A stretch of 43,867 bases of DNA. Origin: Burkholderiales bacterium. Lineage in GTDB: Bacteria > Pseudomonadota > Gammaproteobacteria > Burkholderiales > Usitatibacteraceae. The stretch covers positions 1-43,867 of the forward strand of contig JANMNT010000015.1 of the NCBI GenBank assembly GCA_031368465.1, given 5' to 3'. Below the pieces are notes generated by a model. The model saw nothing but the letters and a program-made list of their open reading frames with translations, made no database searches and had not been told where the DNA came from. This document shows positions 19,282 through 30,189 of the stretch, piece after piece; within the stretch, counting starts at the first letter, position 1; every line of letters starts with the position of its first letter. The position numbers were made by a program, and so were the translations under genes.

Positions 19282-20484
19282 CTACTTCACCATCGCCGCC
19301 GCCAATCCCAGCAGCAATCCCATGCTGACAATGTCGGTTGATGTTGTCAGGAAAATACTCGATGCGGTTGCCGGATCCGCGCCAAAACGTTTTAACGATA
19401 GCGGCACCACCGCACCGGAAATTCCGCTTACGGTACACGCGCCAACCATTGCCAAAAACGTGACAACCGACAGCATCAGCGCGTGCGGCGAATGTTGCCC
19501 GCTGGTGGTGAACCACATCGCCAGCCCGGTAACGATACCAATCGGCGCGCCGTTCATTGCGCCGAGCAAACCCTCCTTGAAGACCAATCGTTTGCCGTCA
19601 CCGGGCTTGATTTCGCCGAGCGTGATGCCGCGCAACGTCACCGCCATCGCCTGGCATCCGGTGTTGCCGGATTGCCCGGCCAGCACCGGCAGGAACGCGG
19701 CGAGGATGACAAATTTGTCGATCGTGCCCTGGAACATTGCAACCACGCCGCCGGCGAGAAATGCCGTCAGCAGATTCAACTGCAGCCATGGATGCCTGAA
19801 TCGAAAACTTTGCATCAAAGGGGTTGAAAGACGCTCTTCTTTTTCAACACCAACCATGCTACCGGCCTGCGCAGTGATTTCGAACGCCTCCGACTCGAAG
19901 ATGGCCTGACCACGAACCAGCCCGAGCAGTTTCTCGTCGGCATCACATACCGGGTAGACCGGATAGTGGCGGTTGATGGTCAGCCGCATCGCGTCGGATA
20001 TTTTGTCCGATGGTCGCAATGAAAAAACGTCAGGCTGCATGATGTCACCGAGCACACGGTCATGTTCGGCGAACAAGAGATCCCGCATGGTGACGATACC
20101 GAGCAAGCGGCCGTCCGGATCGGTCACATAGCCATAGGTGATAAACGCCGACTTGATCAATGCACGCAGGATCTCGATCGCATCGCCGACGCTGGTGGCC
20201 GGCGCAAACGTGCCATACGCCACCTCCATCAATCTGCCGACTTCGCCTGGCTCAAACGTCTGATTGCGCGCCCATTGTCCGACCACTTCGGGCGGGGTCA
20301 CGGCAACAATCGCGTGGTGGTGCGCGGCCGGCAACGCCGTGAGGATATCCTGGGCAAACGCGGGGTTCAGCGCGGCCAGCAGATCACAGGCGGTGGCAGG
20401 GTCGGTTTCGCTGAGAATTTTTGCGGCCTCAGCCGCCGGTCGTGCGTTTAGTTCGGCGATCTGTCCGGCTTTGGTCATCATCAT
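19282..20484 (-). CDS. mgtE: magnesium transporter MgtE family
   Basis: The order is an N-domain, a CBS pair (GIVTMRDLL, GLVRGQAIF), then the MgtE membrane domain with PVLAGQSGNTGCQA and TASSIFLTTSTDI. At 400 aa it has a shortish N-domain. Confidence 0.85.
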   Translation of the reverse strand: MMMTKAGQIAELNARPAAEAAKILSETDPATACDLLAALNPAFAQDILTALPAAHHHAIVAVTPPEVVGQWARNQTFEPGEVGRLMEVAYGTFAPATSVGDAIEILRALIKSAFITYGYVTDPDGRLLGIVTMRDLLFAEHDRVLGDIMQPDVFSLRPSDKISDAMRLTINRHYPVYPVCDADEKLLGLVRGQAIFESEAFEITAQAGSMVGVEKEERLSTPLMQSFRFRHPWLQLNLLTAFLAGGVVAMFQGTIDKFVILAAFLPVLAGQSGNTGCQAMAVTLRGITLGEIKPGDGKRLVFKEGLLGAMNGAPIGIVTGLAMWFTTSGQHSPHALMLSVVTFLAMVGACTVSGISGAVVPLSLKRFGADPATASSIFLTTSTDIVSMGLLLGLAAAMVK

Positions 20485-20488
20485 CGCA

Positions 20489-20546
20489 CCCCGTCAGTTA
20501 TTGGCATTGCGCAATCGAACATTTGCCTGAAACCACAACGACGATA
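20489..20546 (+). repeat. probable decayed copy (E) of the 67-nt intergenic element
   Basis: It retains TATTGGC, GCCTGAAA and CGACGATAT in nearly the same register as copies A-D, with one 1-nt offset. It abuts the GNAT stop codon. Confidence 0.35.
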
Positions 20547-21056
20547 TCAGGTCATTGAAACCAGCGGCTTGGTCATTTTCACCAAATGCAACGGCATGCG
20601 CATCTTTGCCGGTTGTGGAAACACCATGACATCAAATGGTGCGAACCCAAGCCGGGTATAAAGCGGAAACAGATTCTTGCGCACATTCACAACGGTCAGA
20701 TCCAGCCACTCGCATCCCGCGGCGCGGCAAAAATCTTCGGCGGCCTTTGCCATCACCAGCGACAAGCCACGCCCCTGTGCATTCGGGTCGACTGAAAGCA
20801 GGCCGAGATAGCCACGCGGGATTCCGCTGGTCACATATACCGAGGCGAGCAGTCGCCCCGCGTTAACTGGATCATCAATCACCAAAAATGTGCCGAGGTC
20901 AAATCGCCCGCGTATGTCGTCATGGTTGGTGCGATCACCGATGACACAAAATGATTCGACAACAAAGGCACGGTTGATCATCCGCACCAGCTCATCAATG
21001 TCAGTGACTGTTGCGATTCGCACCGCATAATTTGCCGTATCCATGGCGGCCATCAT
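20547..21056 (-). CDS. GNAT family N-acetyltransferase
   Basis: The 169-aa protein has an acetyl-CoA binding motif, QGRGLSLVMAKAAEDF. Its start directly follows the upstream stop (TGAATG). Confidence 0.8.
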   Translation of the reverse strand: MMAAMDTANYAVRIATVTDIDELVRMINRAFVVESFCVIGDRTNHDDIRGRFDLGTFLVIDDPVNAGRLLASVYVTSGIPRGYLGLLSVDPNAQGRGLSLVMAKAAEDFCRAAGCEWLDLTVVNVRKNLFPLYTRLGFAPFDVMVFPQPAKMRMPLHLVKMTKPLVSMT

Positions 21057-22289
21057 TCAGTTGGCCACTCTCGGCGGCATCTCAAGATTTTTTTCTGCGT
21101 CGATCAACGCGGCGATACCCGCCAAAAGGGCATTGCACGCGCCCGACTCTTTCTGTCCGGTGGCGACCGGCCAGGCGCTGGTGATGACCACCACCAGTTT
21201 TCGTGACGGGTCGATGTTGATCATCTGACCGTGAATACCGACCGCCGCATAGGTGCCGTCGTCACGCGTCCACCACTGATAACCGTAACCGCGACCCTGC
21301 GCGCCGATGTCGGCTTGTTTGGTGGTGGCGGCGGCGAACCACCCGTCGGCGACAATCGACTTGCCGTCAATCTTGCCGCCCTCTAAAACAAACTGACCGA
21401 TCCGGCCGAAGTCCCGCAAGCTCGCCTGAAGGCAACAACCCGCCTGCTCGTGATCGGTCACGCCGAGCGTCCACGATGCGTCTAGCTCCATCCCGTATGG
21501 CGCCCAGATTTTTTCGGATAAATAGACGGCCAGCGGTTTGCCTGTGGCCTGACTGACCAGCACGCCGAGCAAATTGGTTTCGCCGGTGCTGTAAAGCCAC
21601 TTGCTGCCGGCCGGCACGTCACGTTTCAGCTTGCGCATATAGCTGACGGTGGCATCGGTATCTGCATCCGGCGGCGTGAAATAGAAACGCGCCACGTCTG
21701 ATTTTGGGTCGGTGTAATCCTCGTTCCATTTCACGCCCGACGTCATCGTCAACAATTGCCGCACGGTCACCGCTTCATACGCACTGCCGGCCAAACCCTT
21801 GATGTAACGCGTCAGCGGGTCGTCCAGACTCTTGATAGAGCCGTCTTTCACCGCTGCGCCCACCAGCGTGCTGGTAATCGACTTCGCCACCGAGAACGAG
21901 GTCCATCGGTCCGATGCGCTGTGGCCGAGCGCGTAGCGTTCAAGTCGGATTTTGCCGTCGTGCAAAACCAACATGCCACTGACTTTGTTGTCGATGATGT
22001 ATTGATCGAGTTTTTTTGCACCGGTGCCGCCTTCGACCAATGCCTGCAGCGGCGCACCGGCAGGCAATGATTTAATGTTTACGCCGCGGCGGATGGTCCG
22101 TGTATTGGCAACCTTGTCCCAATTACGAAACGCCCATTCGCGCTCGGTCTGGTTCCACGTTGCCAGCGGGCGCTGCAATTGTGCCGGCGTCGGGTCGGCG
22201 GTGGTGACCGGTTGTATGACCGGTTGGGCCGCGACGGTAAAAACCGCGGCAATGCTGAAAATAGAAATGGAAAAACGGAGCGATGGCAT
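21057..22289 (-). CDS. serine hydrolase, beta-lactamase-related family, secreted
   Basis: Signal peptide MPSLRFSISIFSIAAVFTVAAQP. Motifs present: S-x-x-K (FSVAKSIT) and YST (WLYSTGETN). Confidence 0.8.
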   Translation of the reverse strand: MPSLRFSISIFSIAAVFTVAAQPVIQPVTTADPTPAQLQRPLATWNQTEREWAFRNWDKVANTRTIRRGVNIKSLPAGAPLQALVEGGTGAKKLDQYIIDNKVSGMLVLHDGKIRLERYALGHSASDRWTSFSVAKSITSTLVGAAVKDGSIKSLDDPLTRYIKGLAGSAYEAVTVRQLLTMTSGVKWNEDYTDPKSDVARFYFTPPDADTDATVSYMRKLKRDVPAGSKWLYSTGETNLLGVLVSQATGKPLAVYLSEKIWAPYGMELDASWTLGVTDHEQAGCCLQASLRDFGRIGQFVLEGGKIDGKSIVADGWFAAATTKQADIGAQGRGYGYQWWTRDDGTYAAVGIHGQMINIDPSRKLVVVITSAWPVATGQKESGACNALLAGIAALIDAEKNLEMPPRVAN

Positions 22290-22596
22290 GGTGTACGGTC
22301 AGGGTAATGGGCAGTCGTTTCGGATTATTGCGCGATTTGGCCCGCCCGGCGGCCTTTGCCGGAAGTTTTAACCGGTAAACGTCCGAGCGGCTGGACGACC
22401 ATCCGGCTTAAATGATCTGGGCTCGTGACCCCGGCCCGCCGCGGCGTGGTCACAGACGCGCCAATACAATGCCACACTGACACACCAGCCGAGAGGCTGC
22501 TATTGCACCGCGCGTACTGTTGGGCCTCAAGTCGCGCCCTATTCTGCCGATAACCTTCTTGACACTCGTTAATAAAGATTGAGATTGGAGAAGGTA

Positions 22597-22920
22597 ATGA
22601 TTAGTTCTGCACAGCAAACGGCCGCCCCGCAGCCCAAATCACGCGATTCCCGCGAAATGGAAACGCTGTTGGCTGCCATTCCCATCAAGCGCATCACCGA
22701 CCAGATCCGGCTGTATTGGGGACTGCCGGAGTGTGATGTGTATTTGAATTCGCTACTCATCAACGACCGTGATCGTCAACGGGCGGGATTCGCCCCGGAA
22801 GTCTCGAGCGCGATATTCGCGCTGCTTAAACTGAACGAAAAAGTTCAGCCAAGACACGAAACCGCCATCGATATTACCAATGGCATCGCCTGGGCGCCTG
22901 CGCCCGGACCCGGCCACTAA
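22597..22920 (+). CDS. hypothetical small protein
   Basis: GGAGAAGG lies just upstream of ATG 22597. The 107-aa ORF matches no family I can name. The start is uncertain; the track uses 22579. Confidence 0.5.
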   Translation: MISSAQQTAAPQPKSRDSREMETLLAAIPIKRITDQIRLYWGLPECDVYLNSLLINDRDRQRAGFAPEVSSAIFALLKLNEKVQPRHETAIDITNGIAWAPAPGPGH

Positions 22921-22968
22921 CAGGCGGTGAACTCAGCACGATTTGACGTAGATTGATGTTCTCGCGGG

Positions 22969-24462
<1,494 letters not shown>

Positions 24463-24612
24463 TGGAAACTTGTGCAGAAAAAAGTCTGGGGTAAAGACAC
24501 AGTGGTTGCCCGTATTGATGATCCTGTTGCATTATCCGGCCAAATAGTTAACATCGCGGAACACTAAATTTCATCCCGGGTATTTAACCCAACTGTTGGC
24601 CACGCTGACAAT

Positions 24613-25236
24613 ATGCTCATGAAAATTCTGTTGATTGTGGTAATTGCCCTCGTCACTGGCACGGCCGGGTTCGTCGGCCTCGGTTTTGTCAGCGCCAAGT
24701 TATGGCCGCACTACGCTGCGCGGTTTATGCCGGATATCCCGGTCGATGCCGCCGCACGTGCAAATGAGGCGCAGACCAGACTTGGTGAGGCAAGCGATCA
24801 ATATGCCAGATGGATTGCGCTCGGCAACGCCGCACTCTGGAAGGCGGCACAGGGCGATAGCGCCGGCGCTGCCGCGCTTGCAACCGAGCTGCTGGTGATG
24901 ACCGAGCGCTACAAAGATGATTGGAACTACGGCAATGCCATTCACAAAGCCAATTCAGCGCTTGGCATCATTGCATTGCGCAACGGCGACAAAGTATCCG
25001 CCCGCCGCCATCTGCTCGCCTCGGTTGATTCGAAGGGCTCGCCACAAATGAACAGTTTCGGCCCCAATATGCAGTTGGCCGACGCCATGCTAAACGCCGG
25101 CGAACAAGAGACGGTCCTGGCGTATTTCGCCCGCTGCCGCATGTTCTGGAAAATGGGGCATGTCTATCTCGATACCTGGTCGTCAATTGTTCGCGACGGC
25201 GGTCGGCCGCACTTTGGCGCAAACCTGTTGTACTAG
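24613..25236 (+). CDS. hypothetical membrane-anchored protein
   Basis: A single N-terminal TM segment is followed by a helical-repeat-like soluble part. Its TAG stop (25234-25236) overlaps the stop of the convergent DUF3820 gene within CTAG (25233-25236). Confidence 0.6.
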   Translation: MLMKILLIVVIALVTGTAGFVGLGFVSAKLWPHYAARFMPDIPVDAAARANEAQTRLGEASDQYARWIALGNAALWKAAQGDSAGAAALATELLVMTERYKDDWNYGNAIHKANSALGIIALRNGDKVSARRHLLASVDSKGSPQMNSFGPNMQLADAMLNAGEQETVLAYFARCRMFWKMGHVYLDTWSSIVRDGGRPHFGANLLY

Positions 25237-25445
25237 CGGTGTCGCAACGGATCATGCAATGACGACAATCCATTGTGGTCGATTTCGCGCATCAGATCGA
25301 GCAACCGGCCAAGCTCACCCTCCGGAAAACCCTGACGCGCGAACCAGTGCAAATAGTTGCCCGGCAGGTCGGCGAGCAGCCGTCCTTGGTACTTGCCGAA
25401 CGGCATTTGCCAGGTAACGAGTTTTTCGAGATCTTCGGGATGCAT
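25233..25445 (-). CDS. DUF3820 family protein
   Basis: The 70-aa sequence MPFGKYQGRLLADLPGNYLHWFARQGFPEGELGRLL matches my recollection of the DUF3820 core. Confidence 0.7.
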   Translation of the reverse strand: MHPEDLEKLVTWQMPFGKYQGRLLADLPGNYLHWFARQGFPEGELGRLLDLMREIDHNGLSSLHDPLRHR

Positions 25446-25533
25446 CGATTACGACGGTTGGGTGAAGTTGTGTTGAGATTCGGGTCCGGCGTATAAATCC
25501 GGCGCGATTGGCGCGACGCGCCCATAATGAGGC

Positions 25534-25695
25534 ATGACAACCAAAAAGCCCCCCGCCAAAAAACCTGCGACCGCACCGTCTGACGTCGAGGTATCGGTAC
25601 CCCAGGTGCTGCCGCGTGGCAGCGTCGCGCCGATTCTACCGGCACCATTCACCGCACCCGCACCGTTTGTGAAGAAAAAGCCGACCTGGTCTTGA
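25534..25695 (+). CDS. possible small Lys/Pro/Ala-rich protein (53 aa), not in the ORF track
   Basis: ATG 25534 to TGA 25693-25695 reads MTTKKPPAKKPATAPSDVEVSVPQVLPRGSVAPILPAPFTAPAPFVKKKPTWS. The CCGCC-tatt-GGCGG hairpin plus T-run of repeat copy B follows about 30 nt later. The SD is poor (GAGG only 1 nt from the ATG). Confidence 0.25.
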   Translation: MTTKKPPAKKPATAPSDVEVSVPQVLPRGSVAPILPAPFTAPAPFVKKKPTWS

Positions 25696-25717
25696 TTCAG
25701 GCTTGGACTCACAAGGA

Positions 25718-25785
25718 CAAACCCGCCTATTGGCGGACGTTTTGAGACAAAACTGGCTGAAAATGCCCGTCCATGCTGGTGTTTT
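25718..25785 (+). repeat. 67-nt intergenic element, copy B (most diverged of the four)
   Basis: It aligns without gaps with copies A, C and D and shares ctattggcgg with copy A. It lies 67 nt 3' of the esterase stop. Confidence 0.75.
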
Positions 25786-25852
25786 ATGTCTGAAATTGAC
25801 TCATGCCGCCCTGCCAAAAGGTCAAAGCAGGCGTTGCCGGCAATTTTCCTGA

Positions 25853-26815
25853 CTAACGTTGCACCGGTTTGATGCCCTGCCGAATCAGAAACGCGCGCAT
25901 CGCCGTCGCCACCCGCTGCGCATCAGCCGGTGGAAAGCCACCGTGCCCGCCACCCGGCACCGTCACCATTTCGTTCACCACCCCGGCCTTGGTCAGCGCA
26001 TCGTGCAAACGCTTTGAATGCGCGTACGGCACCAATGTATCGGCGTCCCCGTGTACCGTGAAGATCGGCGGCAAACCGGCGCGAACATAATGAATCGGTG
26101 ACACACTACGCGCCAGCGCCTCGGGATTGGGCGCGGCGCCCAGCCATTCAATCGCGTAGTGTTTGGCGTTGGGGCCGCCCAACATATCCTCGACATCGGT
26201 GATACCAAAATTATTGATGATGGCTGCGACCGTCAGCGGCGGCTCGGTGCCGGTCTCCCAGCGGGTCGCATCATCGGTGGCGCAGGCGCGGTCAAACGGA
26301 TTACCTGCGGGCAACATGCCGGTGATCAAGGCCAGATGTCCGCCCGCCGAGCCACCGGTGAGGATGATCTTGCTGGTATCAAGCTTGTAGGTCTTTGCAC
26401 GCCGGGACAACCAGCGCAAGGCGCAACGGGTGTCTTCGACGGCGGCAGGTGCGGGCGACACCCGCCCGAGACGATAGGCCACATTGGCAACCGCAAAACC
26501 CATTTGCAAATACGGCAGCAGATATAGCACCGCACTCTCTTTACGTCCCTCGACCCAGCCACCGCCATGGAAAAACATCACCAACGGCACCGGCCCGGTG
26601 GTGTTTTGCGGCAAATACAAATCGAGCTTGAGTTCGACGTTATTAGCCGTCGAATAGGTCAGATTGGGTTGCACCACGTAGCGGCCACCGAGCGTGTCGG
26701 CGAATTGAACGGCTTCAGAGACCACGGGCGCCTCAAGCGCAGCCGACCATGATGGCGCCAAGCCGATGATCGCCACCACCATCCACCCACCCAATCGAAA
26801 AAATAATGGCGCCAT
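25853..26815 (-). CDS. alpha/beta hydrolase (HSL-type esterase/lipase), exported
   Basis: AGGGGGG lies 5 nt upstream of ATG 26815. Oxyanion motif HGGGW, nucleophile elbow GGSAGG, and HGDADTLVP are present. The N-terminus is hydrophobic. Confidence 0.8.
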   Translation of the reverse strand: MAPLFFRLGGWMVVAIIGLAPSWSAALEAPVVSEAVQFADTLGGRYVVQPNLTYSTANNVELKLDLYLPQNTTGPVPLVMFFHGGGWVEGRKESAVLYLLPYLQMGFAVANVAYRLGRVSPAPAAVEDTRCALRWLSRRAKTYKLDTSKIILTGGSAGGHLALITGMLPAGNPFDRACATDDATRWETGTEPPLTVAAIINNFGITDVEDMLGGPNAKHYAIEWLGAAPNPEALARSVSPIHYVRAGLPPIFTVHGDADTLVPYAHSKRLHDALTKAGVVNEMVTVPGGGHGGFPPADAQRVATAMRAFLIRQGIKPVQR

Positions 26816-26872
26816 GACATCCCCCCTAAAGAAATAATTAAACGACAGTCTGACAAACTTGAACATACCGTT

Positions 26873-27424
26873 TTATTTGAATCGCCGCCACAGCTGCACA
26901 AGAACCGGACGAATAAGCAAATGAACGATGGCCGACAACGCCGCGATCACCGTGCCGATCACCGTCGGCAGTACCGCACCAACCGCCAGCGTCATTCCCA
27001 GCACGAACCCCAATACACACTCGGCGCGATACACCGGCAGCAATATTGCCAACAACAATATCGCTTGAAACAAATATTCCGCCACCTTGGGGTATCCGTT
27101 TGCAAACGAGAATGCGAGCGCGCCGGCAAAAATCAACGCGCCAAAAAAACCAAACATGACCCCAGTGGGAATGTTTGTTTGTGCCGAATCCGCGGACATG
27201 CCCCGCCCGATGCGCTGCCGAACCCAGCCGGTGACAAACCACGCCAGCGCCGGCAGCAACAATAGCCCCCACCAGTTGGAAATCGACGGCATATCCGCGC
27301 GCGCCAAAAAATGATGGCTAACCACGCCGCCATGGAAATATTCCCACGCGATGTGCGCCATCCCGCCCAGCGCGACCAAAGCAACAAACGCGTAACGATT
27401 TTGGTTGGTCAGTTGAATGTTCAA
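26873..27424 (-). CDS. hypothetical polytopic membrane protein
   Basis: A TTG start at 27424 has AAGGA 6 nt upstream. There are about 5 hydrophobic segments and no family I recognise. Confidence 0.55.
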   Translation of the reverse strand: MNIQLTNQNRYAFVALVALGGMAHIAWEYFHGGVVSHHFLARADMPSISNWWGLLLLPALAWFVTGWVRQRIGRGMSADSAQTNIPTGVMFGFFGALIFAGALAFSFANGYPKVAEYLFQAILLLAILLPVYRAECVLGFVLGMTLAVGAVLPTVIGTVIAALSAIVHLLIRPVLVQLWRRFK

Positions 27425-27462
27425 TGGCTATCCTTGTGTGGATAAAAATATCGACCGTTCAA

Positions 27463-27720
27463 TCAGCCGTCAATGCGAATGAAGCGCGGCCGGCACTTGC
27501 CGTCGATCTCCAGCTCGCCAAAAAACATCGCGTGCGGCCGCACCCACCAGCCCGTCGCATTGTAAAGCGGCCGGTACACGACGGGCGGTTCCAATGACTC
27601 GCTGTGCCGCGCGACACCAATGACTTCGTATTCGCCGCCTTTGTAATGGCGGTATTGTCCGACTGGTGTTTCTGGCAACGGCGGCAGTGAATCCGCATCG
27701 GCTGGTGTGGCAATTTTCAT
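27463..27720 (-). CDS. DUF1653 domain protein
   Basis: GGGAG lies 5 nt upstream of ATG 27720. GQYRHYKGGEYEVIGVARHSE...VVYRPLY is the DUF1653 core as I recall it. Confidence 0.7.
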   Translation of the reverse strand: MKIATPADADSLPPLPETPVGQYRHYKGGEYEVIGVARHSESLEPPVVYRPLYNATGWWVRPHAMFFGELEIDGKCRPRFIRIDG

Positions 27721-27746
27721 ATCATCTCCCATCTTGGTCAAACGTT

Positions 27747-28283
27747 TCAGAAGCTCGAGCCCGGTTGTTTGAGGAATTCGATCTCCTCTGCCGTCGAAGC
27801 ACGCCCGAGAATGTCGTTGCGATGCGGATAACGGCCAAAACGATCAACGATGGCTTGATGGCGACGCTCAAAATCGAGATTGTTCTGGATGCCATTTGCT
27901 TCAAACAATTTGAGCGCAACGTCGTGAATGAGCTTCGATTCGCTGTGCATAAACGGCATGTACATAAATACCCGCTCTTCCGCTGTCAATGCCTGATCGG
28001 CACCAACCGCCACCGCCTCCTGCGCCAGCGCCAGCGCCAACGCGTCGCTGGCAAATGCGACGGCTGTTCCGCGATACATATTGCGTGAAAATTGATCGAG
28101 CACGATGATCTCGGCCAAGCGTCCTTTTGGTTCATGCCGCCAACCATAGAGCTCGCAACGATTGGCCTGTCCATGCAGCGCGGCGAAACGCTCGCCGATG
28201 AGTTGATCAAACGCAGCGTCAACCTTCCAGCGTTGGGCGGGCGTGATTTCGTCGAACCAAAAGCGGTGAACGGTTTGATACAT
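27747..28283 (-). CDS. DUF924 family protein
   Basis: WFDEITPAQRWKVDAAFD...LDQFSRNMYRGTAVAFASD...RHQAIVDRFGRYPHRN is typical of DUF924. Confidence 0.75.
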   Translation of the reverse strand: MYQTVHRFWFDEITPAQRWKVDAAFDQLIGERFAALHGQANRCELYGWRHEPKGRLAEIIVLDQFSRNMYRGTAVAFASDALALALAQEAVAVGADQALTAEERVFMYMPFMHSESKLIHDVALKLFEANGIQNNLDFERRHQAIVDRFGRYPHRNDILGRASTAEEIEFLKQPGSSF

Positions 28284-28460
28284 GGCTGCCCCGGATTACA
28301 AATGAAAAAATGTGTTGTTCAAGATTATGGCGCGCTTTGGCCGGCGGGTCATGCGCTGCCAATGTCAATTGTCGCTACGCAACGATGATGCGTCGGCATA
28401 CGACTGCCTATAATGGCATCAGCCGCCACCCACCTTACAAATTTACAGTGAGTCTCTCTC

Positions 28461-28862
28461 ATGCCAATACGCAATCATCTTAATTTGTTGATGCAAGGCG
28501 TCGTGGTGTGGACGGCGTTCTGGCTGCTTGGGTTGCCCGACTATTATCAGCAGTATTCGACGTTGATGATCGGCGTCGCCTGCACACTGCTCTCGGTGGT
28601 GATTTCATTGTTCGCGCTGTATGTGCTGATGCGCGGACGCCCACGAACACGCATGTCACGCGCAATCTGGGTGTCGTTTTACTACACCGTCCCGTTTGCG
28701 ATTTTGGATACACTGTATTGCGGCGTTTACCTCGGTCAGGGGGCGGGTTACCTGGCCACGTATTGGTACCTCACGGTGTTCTATTTCACGCCATGGCTCA
28801 CATTTCCACCAACCGCGTGGCTATTGATGCGAATGGATGATCGCCGAACGGAGAACAAATAG
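28461..28862 (+). CDS. hypothetical membrane protein (about 4 TM)
   Basis: The 133-aa ORF is hydrophobic and matches no family I recognise. Confidence 0.5.
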   Translation: MPIRNHLNLLMQGVVVWTAFWLLGLPDYYQQYSTLMIGVACTLLSVVISLFALYVLMRGRPRTRMSRAIWVSFYYTVPFAILDTLYCGVYLGQGAGYLATYWYLTVFYFTPWLTFPPTAWLLMRMDDRRTENK

Positions 28863-28931
28863 ATGGCGCATACAAAAGCATGCTGGAAAACAATTCATAC
28901 TCGGACAGCCATCTGAATTGAGAGCGCCTCA

Positions 28932-30053
28932 ATGAATCCTTTGCCAAATGCGGAACGCAGCGACTTTCTTGACCGCATCCGCGTCATGCTGACCGGGCTG
29001 GTGATCTTGCACCACACTTCGATCATGTTTGGCGGCGACGGTGGCTGGTATGTGCGCTACCCTGCTGATTCGACGCTGGCGCAGGCATTGCTCACGCTGC
29101 TATGCGCGGTTGACCAGTCGTTTTTCATGGGCGCGTTTTTTCTGCTGGCCGGCTATTTCACACCACGCTCATTCGATGCCAAGGGATTACCGCGTTTTTG
29201 CAAAGATCGCCTGATTCGTCTCGGTGTGCCGATCGTTGTATACGGCTTTTTTATCGGCCCACTGACGCTCGCGCTGGCGGCGGCACCCAACGCCGCAGGC
29301 GTGTTGCCAATGTGGGGACAGTTGATCGTACGACCCACCTTTAATATCGGCCCACTCTGGTTTGCTTATGCGCTGCTGATTTTTTCCGCCGCTTATGTCT
29401 TGCTGCGCTTGCTGTTTGGTCAACGTGCGTGGGCACTTAAGCGTTCGTCGCTGCGCCATTTCAACATCTTGCTCATGTTATTGATCTGGGGCATCGGTGC
29501 CTTTTTACTGCGCCTATGGGTGCCCACCGGCCAGGAGCGCTGGCTGCTGCAAATCGGTTATTTTTCCTCATATATTTTATTGTTTGCCATTGGTTGTGCC
29601 GCCGCACCCTCACGTTTACTCGAACACATCGACGGCAAGATCGCCAAACCTTGGGCATGGATAAGTTTGCTGACCATTCCCTCACTTTTCATTTATGCCG
29701 CGATGAGCGGCGCATTTGCCGGCGAACCATTCGAGCTGCATGGCGGTTGGACGTTACCGGTCGCGGCTTATGCGTTTTGGGAGCCTTTTGTTGGATGCGG
29801 CATTATCCTCATGTCGTTATGGCGGTGCCGCATGGCAAAAAATCCTTGGCCCATCTGGAATCGTTTGGCACCTTGCGCGTATGGCGCTTTTATCGTGCAT
29901 CCACCAATCGTGGTATCCATAGGCTTGATGCTCTCTCCATGGCAGGCGGCCAGTCTGCTCAAGTTTGGTGTGGCCGCCATACTTGCTGTGTCCGCAAGTT
30001 TTCTGCTGGCGTCCCTGATCGTGCGGCTGCCCGGTGCACGCCGGGTGTTATAA
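28932..30053 (+). CDS. acyltransferase 3 family membrane protein
   Basis: The N-terminus FLDRIRVMLTGLVILHHT is typical of acyltransferase-3/OpgC-like proteins. There are about 10 TM segments. Confidence 0.75.
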   Translation: MNPLPNAERSDFLDRIRVMLTGLVILHHTSIMFGGDGGWYVRYPADSTLAQALLTLLCAVDQSFFMGAFFLLAGYFTPRSFDAKGLPRFCKDRLIRLGVPIVVYGFFIGPLTLALAAAPNAAGVLPMWGQLIVRPTFNIGPLWFAYALLIFSAAYVLLRLLFGQRAWALKRSSLRHFNILLMLLIWGIGAFLLRLWVPTGQERWLLQIGYFSSYILLFAIGCAAAPSRLLEHIDGKIAKPWAWISLLTIPSLFIYAAMSGAFAGEPFELHGGWTLPVAAYAFWEPFVGCGIILMSLWRCRMAKNPWPIWNRLAPCAYGAFIVHPPIVVSIGLMLSPWQAASLLKFGVAAILAVSASFLLASLIVRLPGARRVL

Positions 30054-30189
30054 AAGCGCCACTTAAGAAAACAATTGTTGTGAAAAAGTATGGAGATGCC
30101 GAGACTGCCGCTATCAGCCCACGCACGGTTAGCTATTGATTCGCGGTATGCTGATGATCAGACCATATGACACTGAAAGGAATTTCTGC

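Noticed and set aside
22559-22586. TTGACA-N16-GAGATT promoter-like pair upstream of the 22597 ORF.
   Set aside because: The -10 is weak. The implied transcription start would fall about 4 nt before the ATG and downstream of the apparent SD, so it is inconsistent with the chosen start. It is left unannotated.
25750-25770. TGGC...GC inside repeat copy B, considered as a sigma-54 -24/-12 promoter.
   Set aside because: The GG-to-GC spacing is 8 nt rather than 10, and the flanking consensus (TGGCAC/TTGC) is absent.
25449-25817. 122-aa minus-strand ORF in the esterase/DUF3820 spacer.
   Set aside because: The translation is Gly/Ala/Ser-rich and not protein-like. It reads straight through repeat copy B. 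No SD is seen, and it would overlap the plus-strand mini-ORF.
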